Shown here piece by piece: positions 13,241 to 25,810 of a stretch of 64,000 nucleotides of DNA. Location of the stretch: contig OZ024741.1 of NCBI GenBank assembly GCA_964016885.1, positions 142,910,001-142,974,000 on the forward strand, written 5' to 3'. The position numbers were made by a program, and so were the translations under genes. The notes beneath the pieces are model-generated. The model did not search any database, had not been told where the DNA came from, and saw nothing but the letters and a program-made list of their open reading frames with translations. The DNA is from Eledone cirrhosa. Lineage: Eukaryota. How positions within the stretch are numbered: position 1 is the first letter of the stretch; every line of letters begins with the position of its first letter.

Positions 13241-16169
13241 TTGGCATTAGAAAGGGCGTCCAGCCATAGAAACCAAGCCAGAAACAGTTCTGTATGACCC
13301 GACTTGCCTCAAATGAGACAACCTGTCTAACATATGCTAACATGGAAAATAGACGTCAAATGACGACAATATTTATTTTTAGAAAAAAAAGCAATCAATC
13401 ATTTCCAGTGGGCGTTTTATTCATAGGTAAGGAATCCTGACTATAGTATTGCATACATATTCTAGTGATTGTGTATATCATTGCTTTTAAACTTTTCCAT
13501 GCTGGCATGGGATGGACGAGACTTTTTGAGGCAATGTTCTACAGCTGGATGCTCTTCCTGACAACAACCCTTTTAGTCACAGAGATACAGTGTACCTATT
13601 CTAAATCAGATACACAAGGTGATAAATTTAACTAAATATTTAGTATTAAAGAAAAGAGTTTCAACTTAATTTCCTTAGTCAATTGAACTTCTTATAAAAA
13701 CTCAGTTTTCATCATCAAACGTCTGCTTTCCATGTTTGCAGGTGTTAGACAGGTTGTCATGCTCTGAGACCAGACATGTCAGTATGACCTCATCTTGCTC
13801 ATACATTCCATATGAGACATGGTTTCTACAGTTGGGTGCCTTTCTTAAAGGAGTGTACTAGGTGCTTTTTTTGTGACACTACCATTACCTCTTTACAGAG
13901 TATACTGGGTACATTTTATGACACCAGCAGGTGAGATTGGAGGAGTCCTCTCAACCCCAAGTTACATTTATTAATTACAGAAATAGGCTGTGTGGGGTTT
14001 TTTGTTACTTTTTCAGAGGCGGGTGCTTAAATATTAATTTGGGCATTTACATTTTGTACAAACAATTATTTTTACAGCTCCATTATATAACTAAGCTTAT
14101 CTTCAGAAATGACAAGCCTTGCCTATAGTCATTGCATGTACCAGAGTTGGAACTTTTATCCAGATCACATCAGTATTCTAACTTCACAGCCAATGAATCA
14201 AAAAGTGGAAGGAAGCTGTAGTAGAAGAAAACCCAACAAAACCTGGGTGGAACTGGTGAGAGCAGATCTCAAAATTCTGAACCTCACAGAGGAGATGACA
14301 AAGGAACAAGTGGAAGAAAGAAACAAATGTAAAAATCTGTCCAACCCCTGCAAGCATGGGAAAATGGACATAATAGGATGATGACAATGATAATTATCAA
14401 TTGATACTCTCAATTTTTTTAGCTTTATATAATTTCAAAAGGCAGCAAACTGGCAGAGTCATTAGAATGTCGGATATGCTTTGCGGTATTCATTCCAGCT
14501 GTGTTCAGAGTTCAAAACCTGCTCACTTCAACTTTGCCTTTTGAGATCATAAAAAATGTACCAGTTCACTACTGGGGTTGATTCTACCTCTATGTCTCTT
14601 TCTCTGGAAGAAATCAGCTGTGTTCAGACCAGGAGAGGAGATGGGCTCCACCAGGTTTTAAAAATGCTGAAGACATGCTGTCTGTCACTAAGGTGCCCCT
14701 ATGATTTTTAAGAGTTAAGGGTCCATACATATAATTTCAAAGTTGTATGCATTGATCTTATCTGATCTACTACAATGTGATAACATTTTTTAATAGTGCA
14801 TAAGTCTAAATACTACATCTTAAAACATACATCTACCCCATGACCGCTTTTGAAAAGATTAGTTTGGGCTTGGACATTAAAGTTATTGTCACCTGCTTGT
14901 ACAGCACCAAGGATCATGGTCAAATCACGTGGATTTATAAAGTTATATTTGCTATAACACGGAAGCTTCAAGTGATTAGATTCAATACCAACAAGTCCTT
15001 CAATGGCTAAAAAAGAGCTATAGGTTGCTAATAAATCTGAAATGAACCAAAAGTTTGAAACCCAATGCTTCATGATTTTTCAACTGTACTTGCTAGCAAA
15101 CTTTTACTGTATTCTATGTACATATAGATAGCAATGATATAGAATTAACAAGTAACCTGATCTAAATAAAGAAAAGTTTTGTTCCAGTTCTTGATTCCAG
15201 CTTTACATACATTGCATATTTTATTACAAAAGCTGTGGGTCAGGTATTAAAATTAGAGAACAGGATGTGGTAAATAGTACATACTAATACATATTGACTT
15301 TTCCATACTAGAATTGGTTGGGTGGGACTTTTTGAGGCAATAGTTTTACAGCCAGATGCCCTTCCAGACACCAACCCTTTTAGTTGCTCCTTACAACATA
15401 CAGGGATACAGTGTACCTTTTCCAAAAAGAATACAAACAAGCTTTTATATATATATATATCTTGTAAAGAAAAAAAACCCCTGAAAGCAACTAAAGAACC
15501 TATAATAAAATTGGTAAATTAAGTAAATAGAAATAAGATTCATAATTCAGAGAATGACTTTTGAAAACCTCACTAATAAAAATTGATACCAAGAAAACAT
15601 GCCCATTATGCTCATTAAATGGTCATATATTTAAAGAAATCTGGACAGCTATCTAGAATGTAATGTACCTCTGCCAGTTTTGACTGAATGTTCTAGTTGC
15701 CCGATCAATGGAACAGCTTGCTCATGAAATTAATGTGTAAGTGGTTAGAGATTCTACAGACACATGCACCCATAACATAATTCAGCGTGAGTGTGACAAG
15801 GCTGGCCCTTTGAATTACAGGTATAGTCCATCTGACATGCTTCCCAACAGTTTCCGCTTATCTGATTTCACTCATGGCTTAAGTTGACTTAAGGTTATAG
15901 TAAATGACACTTGCCCAAGATGCCATACAATGGGATCAAACTCAGGACATAATGATTGCAAAGTGAATTCCTTGACCATTCAATCATGCTGTGTCCATCA
16001 TCATTGTTATTTAACATCTGTTTTACCTGCTAGCAAAATAATTTCACAAGGAAATTACGAAATCAACACTAATTTGGAATACAAAATATTTCAATGCAAT
16101 GTTTAAATGATGAAAAAAATGTATTCCAACCACAAGAGTTGAAGGTAGACACTTTTCTCATTTGCCAAG

Positions 16170-16490
16170 CCCTCGAAAGGTGGGGAGTTCAATTCTCAGA
16201 CCGGGTGATGTGTTGTTTCACATTGCACCAGTTTACTCAGCTGTAGAAATGAGATGATAAGACTGGAGTCCCTATCATTCTACTGCAAAGTGGTCGTGGA
16301 GGTGCCACGGCAAAAAAGCACCCAGCCCACACTAAAGTGGACGTGTAGGCACCACGGAAAAAAAGCACCCAGCACTTACTGTAAATGAGGTTGGTGTTAG
16401 GAAGGGCATCCAGCTGTAGAAATCAAGCCAGAATCAGTTCCCGTCCCACCCTTGCAAGCAGGGAAAAGCGGATGTAAAATGATGATGATG
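16170..16490 (+). mobile_element. SINE family A copy with an extra internal unit
   Basis: Same B box, body and tail as 35648-35990. Confidence 0.85.
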
Positions 16491-18700
16491 AACTCGATTC
16501 CATAGTAAAGGAAATTGAAGGAAGTGCTGCTTACTAGTAAATTTGTTGAAAAGTGAATGTGAGTAGACAGCATGGTTCAAATGAACAGACCTGCTCTGAG
16601 AATAGACCTGTAGATTGCAGAACAACTGGGAAGGTGCATTTGCCTTATAGTGTGCGTCTTTTAGTGAGCTTTTCTACAAATGTCTCCCTACTAATGGGAA
16701 GGTTTTTTGTTTGAATTTTACTTTTACACATTATGTGACTCTTAGTTATTTCATACTTTTTTTTTTTTTTTTTTTTTTTTTTTACATGTTTTTCAAATAA
16801 GCCCAGACTATGATCCGAGTTCTACCTTCAATATTTCAGACCATTAAATGTAACAGGACAAGACCAAAAAAAAAAAGGAAACGGAATTAAACAGTTCAGA
16901 AATATACATCTTAGAACATTCATAATGAAAGACTGCTGCTACTGCACATATGTAAACTAGATCTCATTTAATGTAGGGTCACTCGTAAACATCACTCCAA
17001 CCTTTGACCCACAATAATGAAAGATTGCTGCTGCATGCACCCTCCCAAACTAGATCTCAAAGTCAACCCACTCATAAACACTACTCCAACCTCCGATTCA
17101 ATGTAATATCTGTCTGAATATACATACTGCAGTAGCTTCTAATCTCATGCTACCTTCACTCAGGTACTCCTGACTCATATCACTTTTCCTTTCATCACTC
17201 CTTTTAGTTCCGCTAACCCCTGGCCCTGTACCAACCACTATGCCCAGTCCTTATTTCTTGTGTTGTAAGATGTGACTAAAAGGAGAGGTGGATTTAGAAG
17301 GGATGGGTGTGCACATACAGAAAAAATTAAAATACACAGTAAACCCCAAAATTTATATTAAAGTTAGCTTGGCACATGTAATTGTCAAGTAATACATATA
17401 GATGCTAAATGAAAAAATCTGATCACCATTTTCAGTGCACTTTCCACACCTAAATGTATTTAAAGACACACAAAAGCACGAACACACATAAATACACATA
17501 TACACCATATTCTTGCATAAACTTGGACAATCACATCCCGTTACTTTCTACAATAACCACCTGATGTCACTAAAGCAGAGGAAAAATTTTGATGAATTGT
17601 CATAAGTATTTTTTGTTAAATATCATTCTGGTAACGATTTGATGCCTCTAAAGTTTTGATGAATTGACTACAGGATTGTCAACAAAGTAATTTGTTAAAA
17701 GTATTGTTATGGTGTGTCAAAACGATAAAATCAAAAAGCCCATCAGGGGGTGTCCTAGGGCACATCTATCTTCCTAGGATCAACCCCTGCTAATAGGACC
17801 CCTGAGGTATATGCCCTGCCCAACCCCGCTATAAAAATCCAGCCCTGATTGAAAAGACATCTAGCTGTAAAACTATCTTAAAACATCTTGTACAAATGGA
17901 AAAAGCAGATGGAAAAATTACATATATACATCGACAGTCAATTGACTTTCGGCAAATCGAACTGAAGAAACAATGTTTCCATTGGTCTTTCTAATTGCTA
18001 ATACTCTCTATCAGTCGTAACTCCAGGTAAAAGGAGCAACGTGAAACAAAATGTCTTGCCCAAGGACATAATGCATTGCCCAGTCTGGGAATCGAACTCA
18101 ACCTCACGATTGCAAATCCAATAGGTGTCACAACAAAAAAAAAAAAAAAAAACACAGTCCACGCGGTAATGTGGCCATGTAGGTAACATGGTAAAAACCT
18201 CCCAGTCCACACTAAACGTGGTTGGTGTTAGGAAGGGCATCCAGCCGTAGAAAACCCGCCAGACAGTCCTATACGAGCAAGACAACCAATCTTGCCTCAA
18301 GTGGGAAAATTCCCGTCCAAACCCATGCTAGCGTGGAAAATGGATGTTAAACAATGATGATGATGAATACACTAACCACTCTGCTACGCGCCTTCATATA
18401 CATATATATATAGTGGTGATGATAATATATAACAGTTGATTGACAAGATCCCAGACTTCATTCGCTTAACGAGTGGGGTGAAGCTCGTCAAATTGGACTG
18501 AAACAATGTTTCCATTTGTCTTTCCAATTGCTAATAATATCTACCAGTCGCAAATCCAGGCAGAAAGAGCAACGTGAAATAAAGTGTTTTGCTGAAGGAC
18601 ATAACGCACTGCCGGGTCCAGGAATCGAACTCACAACCTTATGATTGCGAATCTAATTCTTTAACCACTCAGCCACATGCCTTCACATGATATATATATA

Positions 18701-18912
18701 TAGAAGTGGTTACACAACATTTAGTTCACCATACCGAGAACAAGTATAACCATGTTCCGTATAACCATGCCCATTACGAGCTGAGGATCCGCTAAGGTGA
18801 AACAATTGTTCTCGGTATGGTGAACTAACTGTTGTGTAACCACTTCTACCTAACTCGTCCCATGGACTGAGTGCTCTACCGCTACGGATATTACCTTCCA
18901 GTGTTCTACCAC
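18701..18912 (+). mobile_element. Penelope-like element pseudo-LTR fragment with partial inverted copy, inserted in (TA)n
   Basis: 42/43-bp inverted repeat 18701-18743 / 18806-18848; contains the hammerhead; (TA)n on both sides; CpG-rich relative to flanks. Confidence 0.7.
18771..18820 (+). ncRNA. Minimal type I hammerhead ribozyme (Penelope-type)
   Basis: ccattacgag-CTGAGGA-tcc gctaa ggt-GAAAC-aatt-GTT-ctcggtatgg: conserved core, palindromic stem III ACAATTGT, stem I cgag/ctcg plus ccat/atgg; predicted cut after 18810. Confidence 0.8.
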
Positions 18913-19024
18913 TATATATATGTATATATATAATGATGATATATATGGTTAAAAACTGAACCACAAATGTGCAAATTGTCCAATTTACTTTTGCTAAAAT
19001 TAATGATAAAATTAAAACACTTAC

Positions 19025-19092
19025 GATTTTTTTATCTCAGCATCAGTGGCATTGTTGTTTACACCAAGTACTTTGTAATAATCAACAGTCAT
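19025..19092 (-). CDS. DNAJB6: DNAJB6/MRJ-like Hsp40, first coding exon (MTVDYYKVLGVNNNATDAEIKKS)
   Basis: ATG at 19092 in AAAATG context; J-domain start DYYxVLGV; donor TC|gtaagt at 19024; acceptor ttgcag at 19131-19133 (alternative ttttcag/cag at 19105-19110); phase 2 joins the next exon. Confidence 0.93.
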
Positions 19093-19303
19093 TTTAGGAG
19101 ATCTCTGCTGAAAACAAATTAGCAGTCAATCTGCAATAGACAGAAAGAAGTTTAACATTAATAATTTAAAGAAAAAAAAGATTAAATTAAAATACAAGTT
19201 AAGAACTAAATAATTTTGCCAGTTTTGCAATACATGGAAATTTAAAAAAATTAAAGTTCAAAAGAATATGCATAATTTATGAGAAAAAATAACATTCTAT
19301 TAA

Positions 19304-19478
19304 CCCTTTCTGTTGAAACTGGCTGTAACTGGTTTCTCAAACTGATGTTAAGGTATTGTTCTCAAAATAAATACTTTCAAAATCTCAGAGATTCGATATT
19401 ATGCGAGATATTATGTGAGGTAAAGCCTTTACCATGAAAATATAATAGTATATATAGAGTAATGTGAATGCTAAAGGG
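19304..19478. mobile_element. piggyBac-type MITE
   Basis: TTAA|CCCTTT...AAAGGG|TTAA; near-identical to 22645-22856 apart from a ~35-bp deletion. Confidence 0.85.
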
Positions 19479-22400
19479 TTAAAATGGAATTCATGGTCTA
19501 TAAGATAAAATACTTCTCATTCCAGAGAAAATTGCTTAAAACGCATGTTGGAAAAGGTCAGACTTGAGATCATAAATCTTAAAACAAAATCAAATTTAAG
19601 AAATCTTAAACTGTATGTAATTGAATACAGGAGAACTACAATGTTTAACTTTTAAGATCCTGTAATAATTTAGAACTAAATGTCTAAAAACGTGTTAATT
19701 CAAATGTATATATTTCTACTAGTACAGAGATTGTTGTGAGAATGTGCAGTATTAAAGTAATGTGACGCAGTCAGTGTTTTATACTTTTCACGGTCTTGCT
19801 AATGTAGTTTCATATGGGACAGGATGTTAAGAATTAAAGTCTGGAACAAGAAAAATGTATTAAAACAGTAGCTATCACAGAAGTTCACTCAGAGCATTAT
19901 GTTTGCATGTTATCAACCCACTAAAACCATGTACAACAAGAACAAACAGTTATGTGCTAAATAATGCAAGGGTTAGCCTTGCAGGCCCTCAGGGCAAGCT
20001 TCTCCACTAAGCTATGTCTTTTTTAGTCTTCACCCTTCTCTACCTCCCTCCACATTCATTTCTATCACTCCTCTCACCCAGTCACTTTCATCCTTCCTCG
20101 GCACATGATCCAACCATTTCATTCCATTTCTCTTTACAACATTCAACACCGGATTTATTCCTTTCACCCAGTCTATTTGACCATAGAATTATGCATAAAA
20201 AAAAAAATTCCTGATTCATGCTAGCATGGAAAAATGGGTGTAAAAACCATTCTGATGATGGTGTACAATCAATGAAGCAATGACATGGCGCAAACAAGTC
20301 ATATATTATGTATTGTTGGTATCGGTTTAGACATTTTATTTTAAACATAATAGTATTTAAAAGATTTCAAATACTGAAATTTTGAATGTAGTTATCCTAA
20401 CACACAACTATGATAATCACTATAAAATGAGTTAAGTATTCTATCTCCAGGGGTACTTTAGCCAATTTTTTTCAACTATTATTTAATGATTGATGACTAT
20501 TATAGTCATCTGCATTGGAACAACTACCTATGAAATTTCAAGCTTCCCAAGGCTTCTTAAGTCAACCTGATATTAAAAATATTAAAAAGAAACATGTCAA
20601 ACAATGAAGTCCACATATCTGTTAGGACAATCACGATTGTAGTAATAGAATAAAAAAAAAAAAAATTACCCTATTCACAGATTACTCACTGGAAAAGCTA
20701 GACATTGCCTCATTTTAAACATTGCCAATATACATTTATTAAGTGTGAAATTAAAGCAACAATACCAGGAGTAGAAACCACAATGAAATTTAAATGAGAG
20801 ATATAAGCCAACGATTTGTGTAAATTTGAGCTTCTAAATCCTGTTTAATGAAACAAAGAGTCAAAAAGTCAGTGTGAAATGAGATTTAGATTAAAATAAC
20901 TCCAATCTGCTTAGTTGTGGTAATATGTAATGAGATTTTCAACCAGGAACGACATTAATTGAAATATATCCATAGTTATCAAAAAAGGAAATTAGGTATT
21001 TCCAACAAAGTTGACTCATGGTAAGTGTAAAGTTCGTAAAATTATCAGATACAGAATTCTGAAATATATATTTTTCATTTATTACTTGCAGAATTAGTTC
21101 TCTTTTCTTCTAAGAATTTGAGATAATTCCTAAAGGAAACAGAACTAGTCCAGTGGGAGTCATTAATTTAATAAACGAAAATATATCAACTACTTCATAT
21201 ATTGTTTCTTAACTTGTGTTTCACAACATTTTAAATAGGAACTTGTAAATTTTATTTTCATTACAATGTGTGTTGAAAATTGCTTAAAAACTTTCCCAAC
21301 AAGAAACAAGACTAATGTAGAAATAAATAGCTGATAAACACAGTAAAGATTATGATTATGTGTAAATCTGAAAGATTAGTGAGCAAAGATTTAATAATAC
21401 TAATGAAATATCTAGCAGTGCACACAAGTGAAAGATTAAAGAACACTTGTAGCTTGCATTATATTAATGAAAAGCCGACTTAGTGACAATGATACATGTT
21501 GAAGCAAGTCTGTAGGAGGAGAATGAAATGCGTTGGGGAAACTTGCTTCTGGCTGCAGTTAAAAATAGAGAAAACTGCTTATTTTCATTGTAGAGCTTCA
21601 GAGATAGCTACTACCATCTGATGTGTATTACTGTTGTTTGGCCAGTGGATGAGAATCGGGTCAGAGATAGCATTACATAACCTGATATTAATTTTTCAAG
21701 AGTCACAAAAAAAAAAACAATGAAAAACCCTACATTAAAAAAAATTAATCTTATAATTGCCATCACCATGTAGAAATAATTGGATACTTTTGAGGAAAAT
21801 GAAATTCTCAGCATATAGGAAGATCAATAATAATAATAAAAAAAAAGCTCAACTCTTAATTGTAGAGAGGAAAAGCCTATGGTTAATAATGAATCTTCTG
21901 CAACCAATCCTTGCTGGTGTATAAAACAGCTTCATAGATTTTATTCACTAGTGCGAAGTGAGTGAATGAGAAAACACGTTTATGTATAAGGTTCCTGTTT
22001 CATAGGAAACTGTATATTAGTAATAGAGGGCCTTAGAAGGCCCCGTATACAGTCCCTTCCTTCAGATCAAACCAATAAAGAAAAATAAAAAAACTTTATC
22101 AGACTGTGAACTGATAAAATATATTTTTCTTTAATCATCATTTAATGTCTACTTTCCCTGTTAGCAAATGGAGAAATGTAATAATATTTACAGCAATTAA
22201 CAGAAAAGAGATAAATATTACTGATTGGATTATGTGTGGAATTAATAGAAACATTGAAATTAATTTTTATATGATGATCTATAAAAGACTATTAAAAATA
22301 AAATTTTTGTATAGAAGAAAACTAATTAACTAGTAGTAACATTCAATAGCTATTCGCTGATATTTTCATTAGAGAAAACAATTTATACTGCAAATTTTTA

Positions 22401-22644
22401 TATTAGAAAACAGGCCATATAAAATGCAAGTAACTGGAGGAATAGTTAGCGAACACCAATTAAGAAGTTAAAACTTATTCTTCCGGTTTGGAAAAATAAA
22501 ATGGTAAAGAAAAATTGAGTTATGGGATAATTAGAACTTCCTTTAAACTATCAAATAGCCCTCTCACATAAAGGATGGAAGCTAACAGTTTTGTTCAGTT
22601 ATATGTAAATTAGTAACTCACAGCCCCAAGTATACTTCTTTTAA

Positions 22645-22856
22645 CCCTTTAATGTTCAAACCGGCCAACATTCTCTACCTTTTTCTGTTGAAACTGGCTG
22701 TAACTGGTCACTCAAACTGATGTTACAGTATTGTTCTCAAAATAAATACTTTCAAAATCTCTTAGATTCGATGTTATGTGAGATAATTATGTGAGGTAAA
22801 GCCTTTACCATGAAAATATAATAGTATATATATAGAGTAATGTGAAGGCTAAAGGG
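22645..22856. mobile_element. piggyBac-type MITE
   Basis: TTAA|CCCTTTA...TAAAGGG|TTAA. Confidence 0.87.
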
Positions 22857-24918
22857 TTAATCAATGTAACTATTAAGTTTATTGTATTTCTAGCTACACA
22901 AATCAATGAAATTTTCTTTAACAATGATACTTAAAAATATATACTCTTCAGTTTAAATCCAGTACATTTCTTTTACATTGCTCTTCCCAGAGAGATCCTT
23001 TTCTTTATACTAATAGCAGTAATTCAAAATACTGCAACATTAAGCAGTTATGTAACTAAACGTTGCTGGCACACACATTTATATAGTAAACCGACAGAAA
23101 AAAAAAGAACACACACACACAATATATATATATATACATATATATATATATTTAACTGCAGTGACGCAAGAACAAACAGAAAGATGAAATAATTCTTTAT
23201 TTATTTAATGACACTAAAATTGAAAGGTTAGTAAAAGTCAGCTCGTGGAATGCTCAGGTAATAAACATAACCAAAGAAGGAACTACAGAGGAATAGAATA
23301 AAACTAAATCAATAGATGCTGTATCAGCTTATTCTATCATAACTTACAGCCATTCAATACTGAGAATAAGTAAATTGAAATGTTTCTATTACAAGAAAAT
23401 TTCTATTGCCTCAAGCAGGAAATAAACAGCTGTTTAAAAACATGAAGAAAAAAAAAGATGACTAATTTAGAAGTCAGCTCGAATCATACTAATAAGGGCA
23501 AGAACTAACCATTAATGGGGAAGGGGGGGATCCAACATTCCAACAAGGTTTACCCAGTAACAGAAATATAAACACTCACCACAAAGAAGCAAACCAGTCT
23601 AGGACAACTAAAGAAAATATGGAAGAGGAGGAGTGGAGGGGGACTACAGAACCAGTAAATGCATACTTACCACAGATTATCAGTGATCCCTAATTTTTAA
23701 ACCAAACAATAAGCACCCCACCTTTTTAGAGAATTCCATACAGAAATAATTTTTAAGTAATCCTGAAGTAACTGGCTGCTGCTGCCACACCAAAGTACTG
23801 AAATAGAATCCTTATCTGTGGAGGAAGATTAGAATAGAGGCATTTGTAAGAACAGAGTTGTGGTGCTAGCTGCCTGATTCACACCTACAACTAAAAGCTG
23901 TTAAATGCCTTGAATCACTTCAGTTAGTTTAAGCTAGTTTTATAGCTAAATACAGATTGAAAGGCTAAAAAGAAACAAGTCTACTAGCTAAAATTATATA
24001 CACCTCACCAATATAGGATTCTACCTACATTTGAATAGCTTATTGTACATTCATAAAAGGTTTGTTAAAATTTAAATTACTGTTAGATTACTGGAATTTC
24101 TTATTTGATCAAATGACAATTAGAAAAAAATATACCTCCATCTATGAAAATACAAAAAACTAAAAAATATTTGACCCGAATAAAATAAAAAAATAAAAAA
24201 CTTGGATTAAATGAAGCATGTAATGAAAATATGGAAATGTAAAAGTGGTTGCTACTGGAAAGTCAAGCTAACAATAACACAACAGCATTAATATCAGACA
24301 AAACCAGTGACTACACTGAGTTCAAGCTGTTGGAGAGCAATGCAACCACAGACCAAATATTGCCAATGACTATTATATGTACAAGTGTCAACTAGGTAAT
24401 TATTGGTTTTATTCAAATTGTACTCTAGTTCAGACAGAACTCATTTTACCTGGACAGTGAAGGTCACCCCCAGAAGCAGCTAAGACAAACTTTAAACAGG
24501 AAAGGAGGAAGGAGCGAGGAGAAAAAACCCAATAAAAATATAAATCAATGTGGATTTTCAATTTTATAAATTGCTACTTTGTCATTTAGAAACAATGCCA
24601 TATGGCACCATAAACTTGAGGCAACAAATTAGTTTGAAACTCAATCTTTTATTCCAGAATGACACCAAAGATTAAGAGGTGTTGGGAAGGCCCATTTTTA
24701 ATGCCAAATATCCAATGGTTTTGCCACAAAATGTGTGGAACATTCAACATGATTCTCAACCAATCAGAAGGCAGCTTTTTGTTTCGAAGTTGTAATAAAT
24801 ACCTCTGTTTTTGCATTGGGAATACAGTTTTTTCCTGCATTATATGTTTTCATGCAACTATGTTCTGATTTGGGAGTGGATTGAGATCACAAATGATTAT
24901 GAACACAGGAACAGGCAG

Positions 24919-25255
24919 TCATCATCATTTCATTTTACGTCCGCTTTTCCCTGCTTGCAAGGGTGGGACAGGAACTGATTCTGGCTTGATTTCTACAGCT
25001 GGATGCCCTTCCTAACACCAACCTCATTTACAGTGAGTGCTGGGTGCTTTTTTGCCGTGGCACCTCCACGACCACTTTGCAGTGGAATGATAGGGACCCC
25101 AGTCCCTATCATCTCATTTCTACAGCTGAGTAAACTGGAGCAATGTGAAATAAAGTGTCTTGCTCAAGGAAACAACACATCACCCGGTCTGAGAATTGAA
25201 CTCACAACCTTTCGATTGCAAGGCCAATGCTCTAACCACTAAGCCATGTGCCTCC
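24919..25255 (-). mobile_element. Full-length SINE family A, near-identical to 35648-35990
   Basis: Reverse-complement match over ~335 bp with few substitutions. Confidence 0.9.
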
Positions 25256-25489
25256 ATTGTAACATCAAAATGTAACATTCATGCCTTTTCTCAATATGGA
25301 CATCAAGAGATACCAGATGGAAACAAACACTAGTGAACTATTTACTGATAACTTACTGAAGCAACACAGAACTCCCATATGATGAGGGTGTGGCAAAGTT
25401 AATTTCAGTTTTAAATCTTACCAAGCCTGGCTTTGATTGTCAACTAGCTGGAATCAATATTAGACCGGCACAACTACAGAGTCAATTAT

Positions 25490-25810
25490 AATCCTTCTTC
25501 ACCCACTTATTCCTGGGAGGGTCATGGGAGAAGACTCATCAGACACACCTCTCAGAGGGTACTATCAGAAGCAACTGTCTCTAATTGATCCGACTGGATC
25601 TCCAAGTAAAACCAACTGTGCTCATGGATGTTATCCAACCATCTAGTCTGTCATCTACCTCTAGGTCCCCTGCAGTTGGTTTGACCATAAAATCTGTCCA
25701 GCGATTCTTTCCTGAGACATTTTAACCATATGCCTGTAGTTTTGGAGTTATAACAACTCCATGATCTCCAAGCTACACATCCTATTGAGTAATGTTACTC
25801 CAAGGATCCT
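25490..25810 (-). mobile_element. RTE 3' end, same family as 30540-32999 (another copy at ~62900-63037, plus strand)
   Basis: Shared terminal ccctcccaRgaataagtg followed by a purine tail; RWLDNIH motif. Confidence 0.65.

Noticed and set aside
22062-22142. C/D-box snoRNA-like ATGATGA...CTGA on the minus strand
   Set aside because: Low-complexity interior, no terminal stem and no convincing rRNA guide
24590-24870. Possible Harbinger transposase remnant (PQVYGAI) on the minus strand
   Set aside because: A single short motif with broken frames; cannot be supported without a profile search
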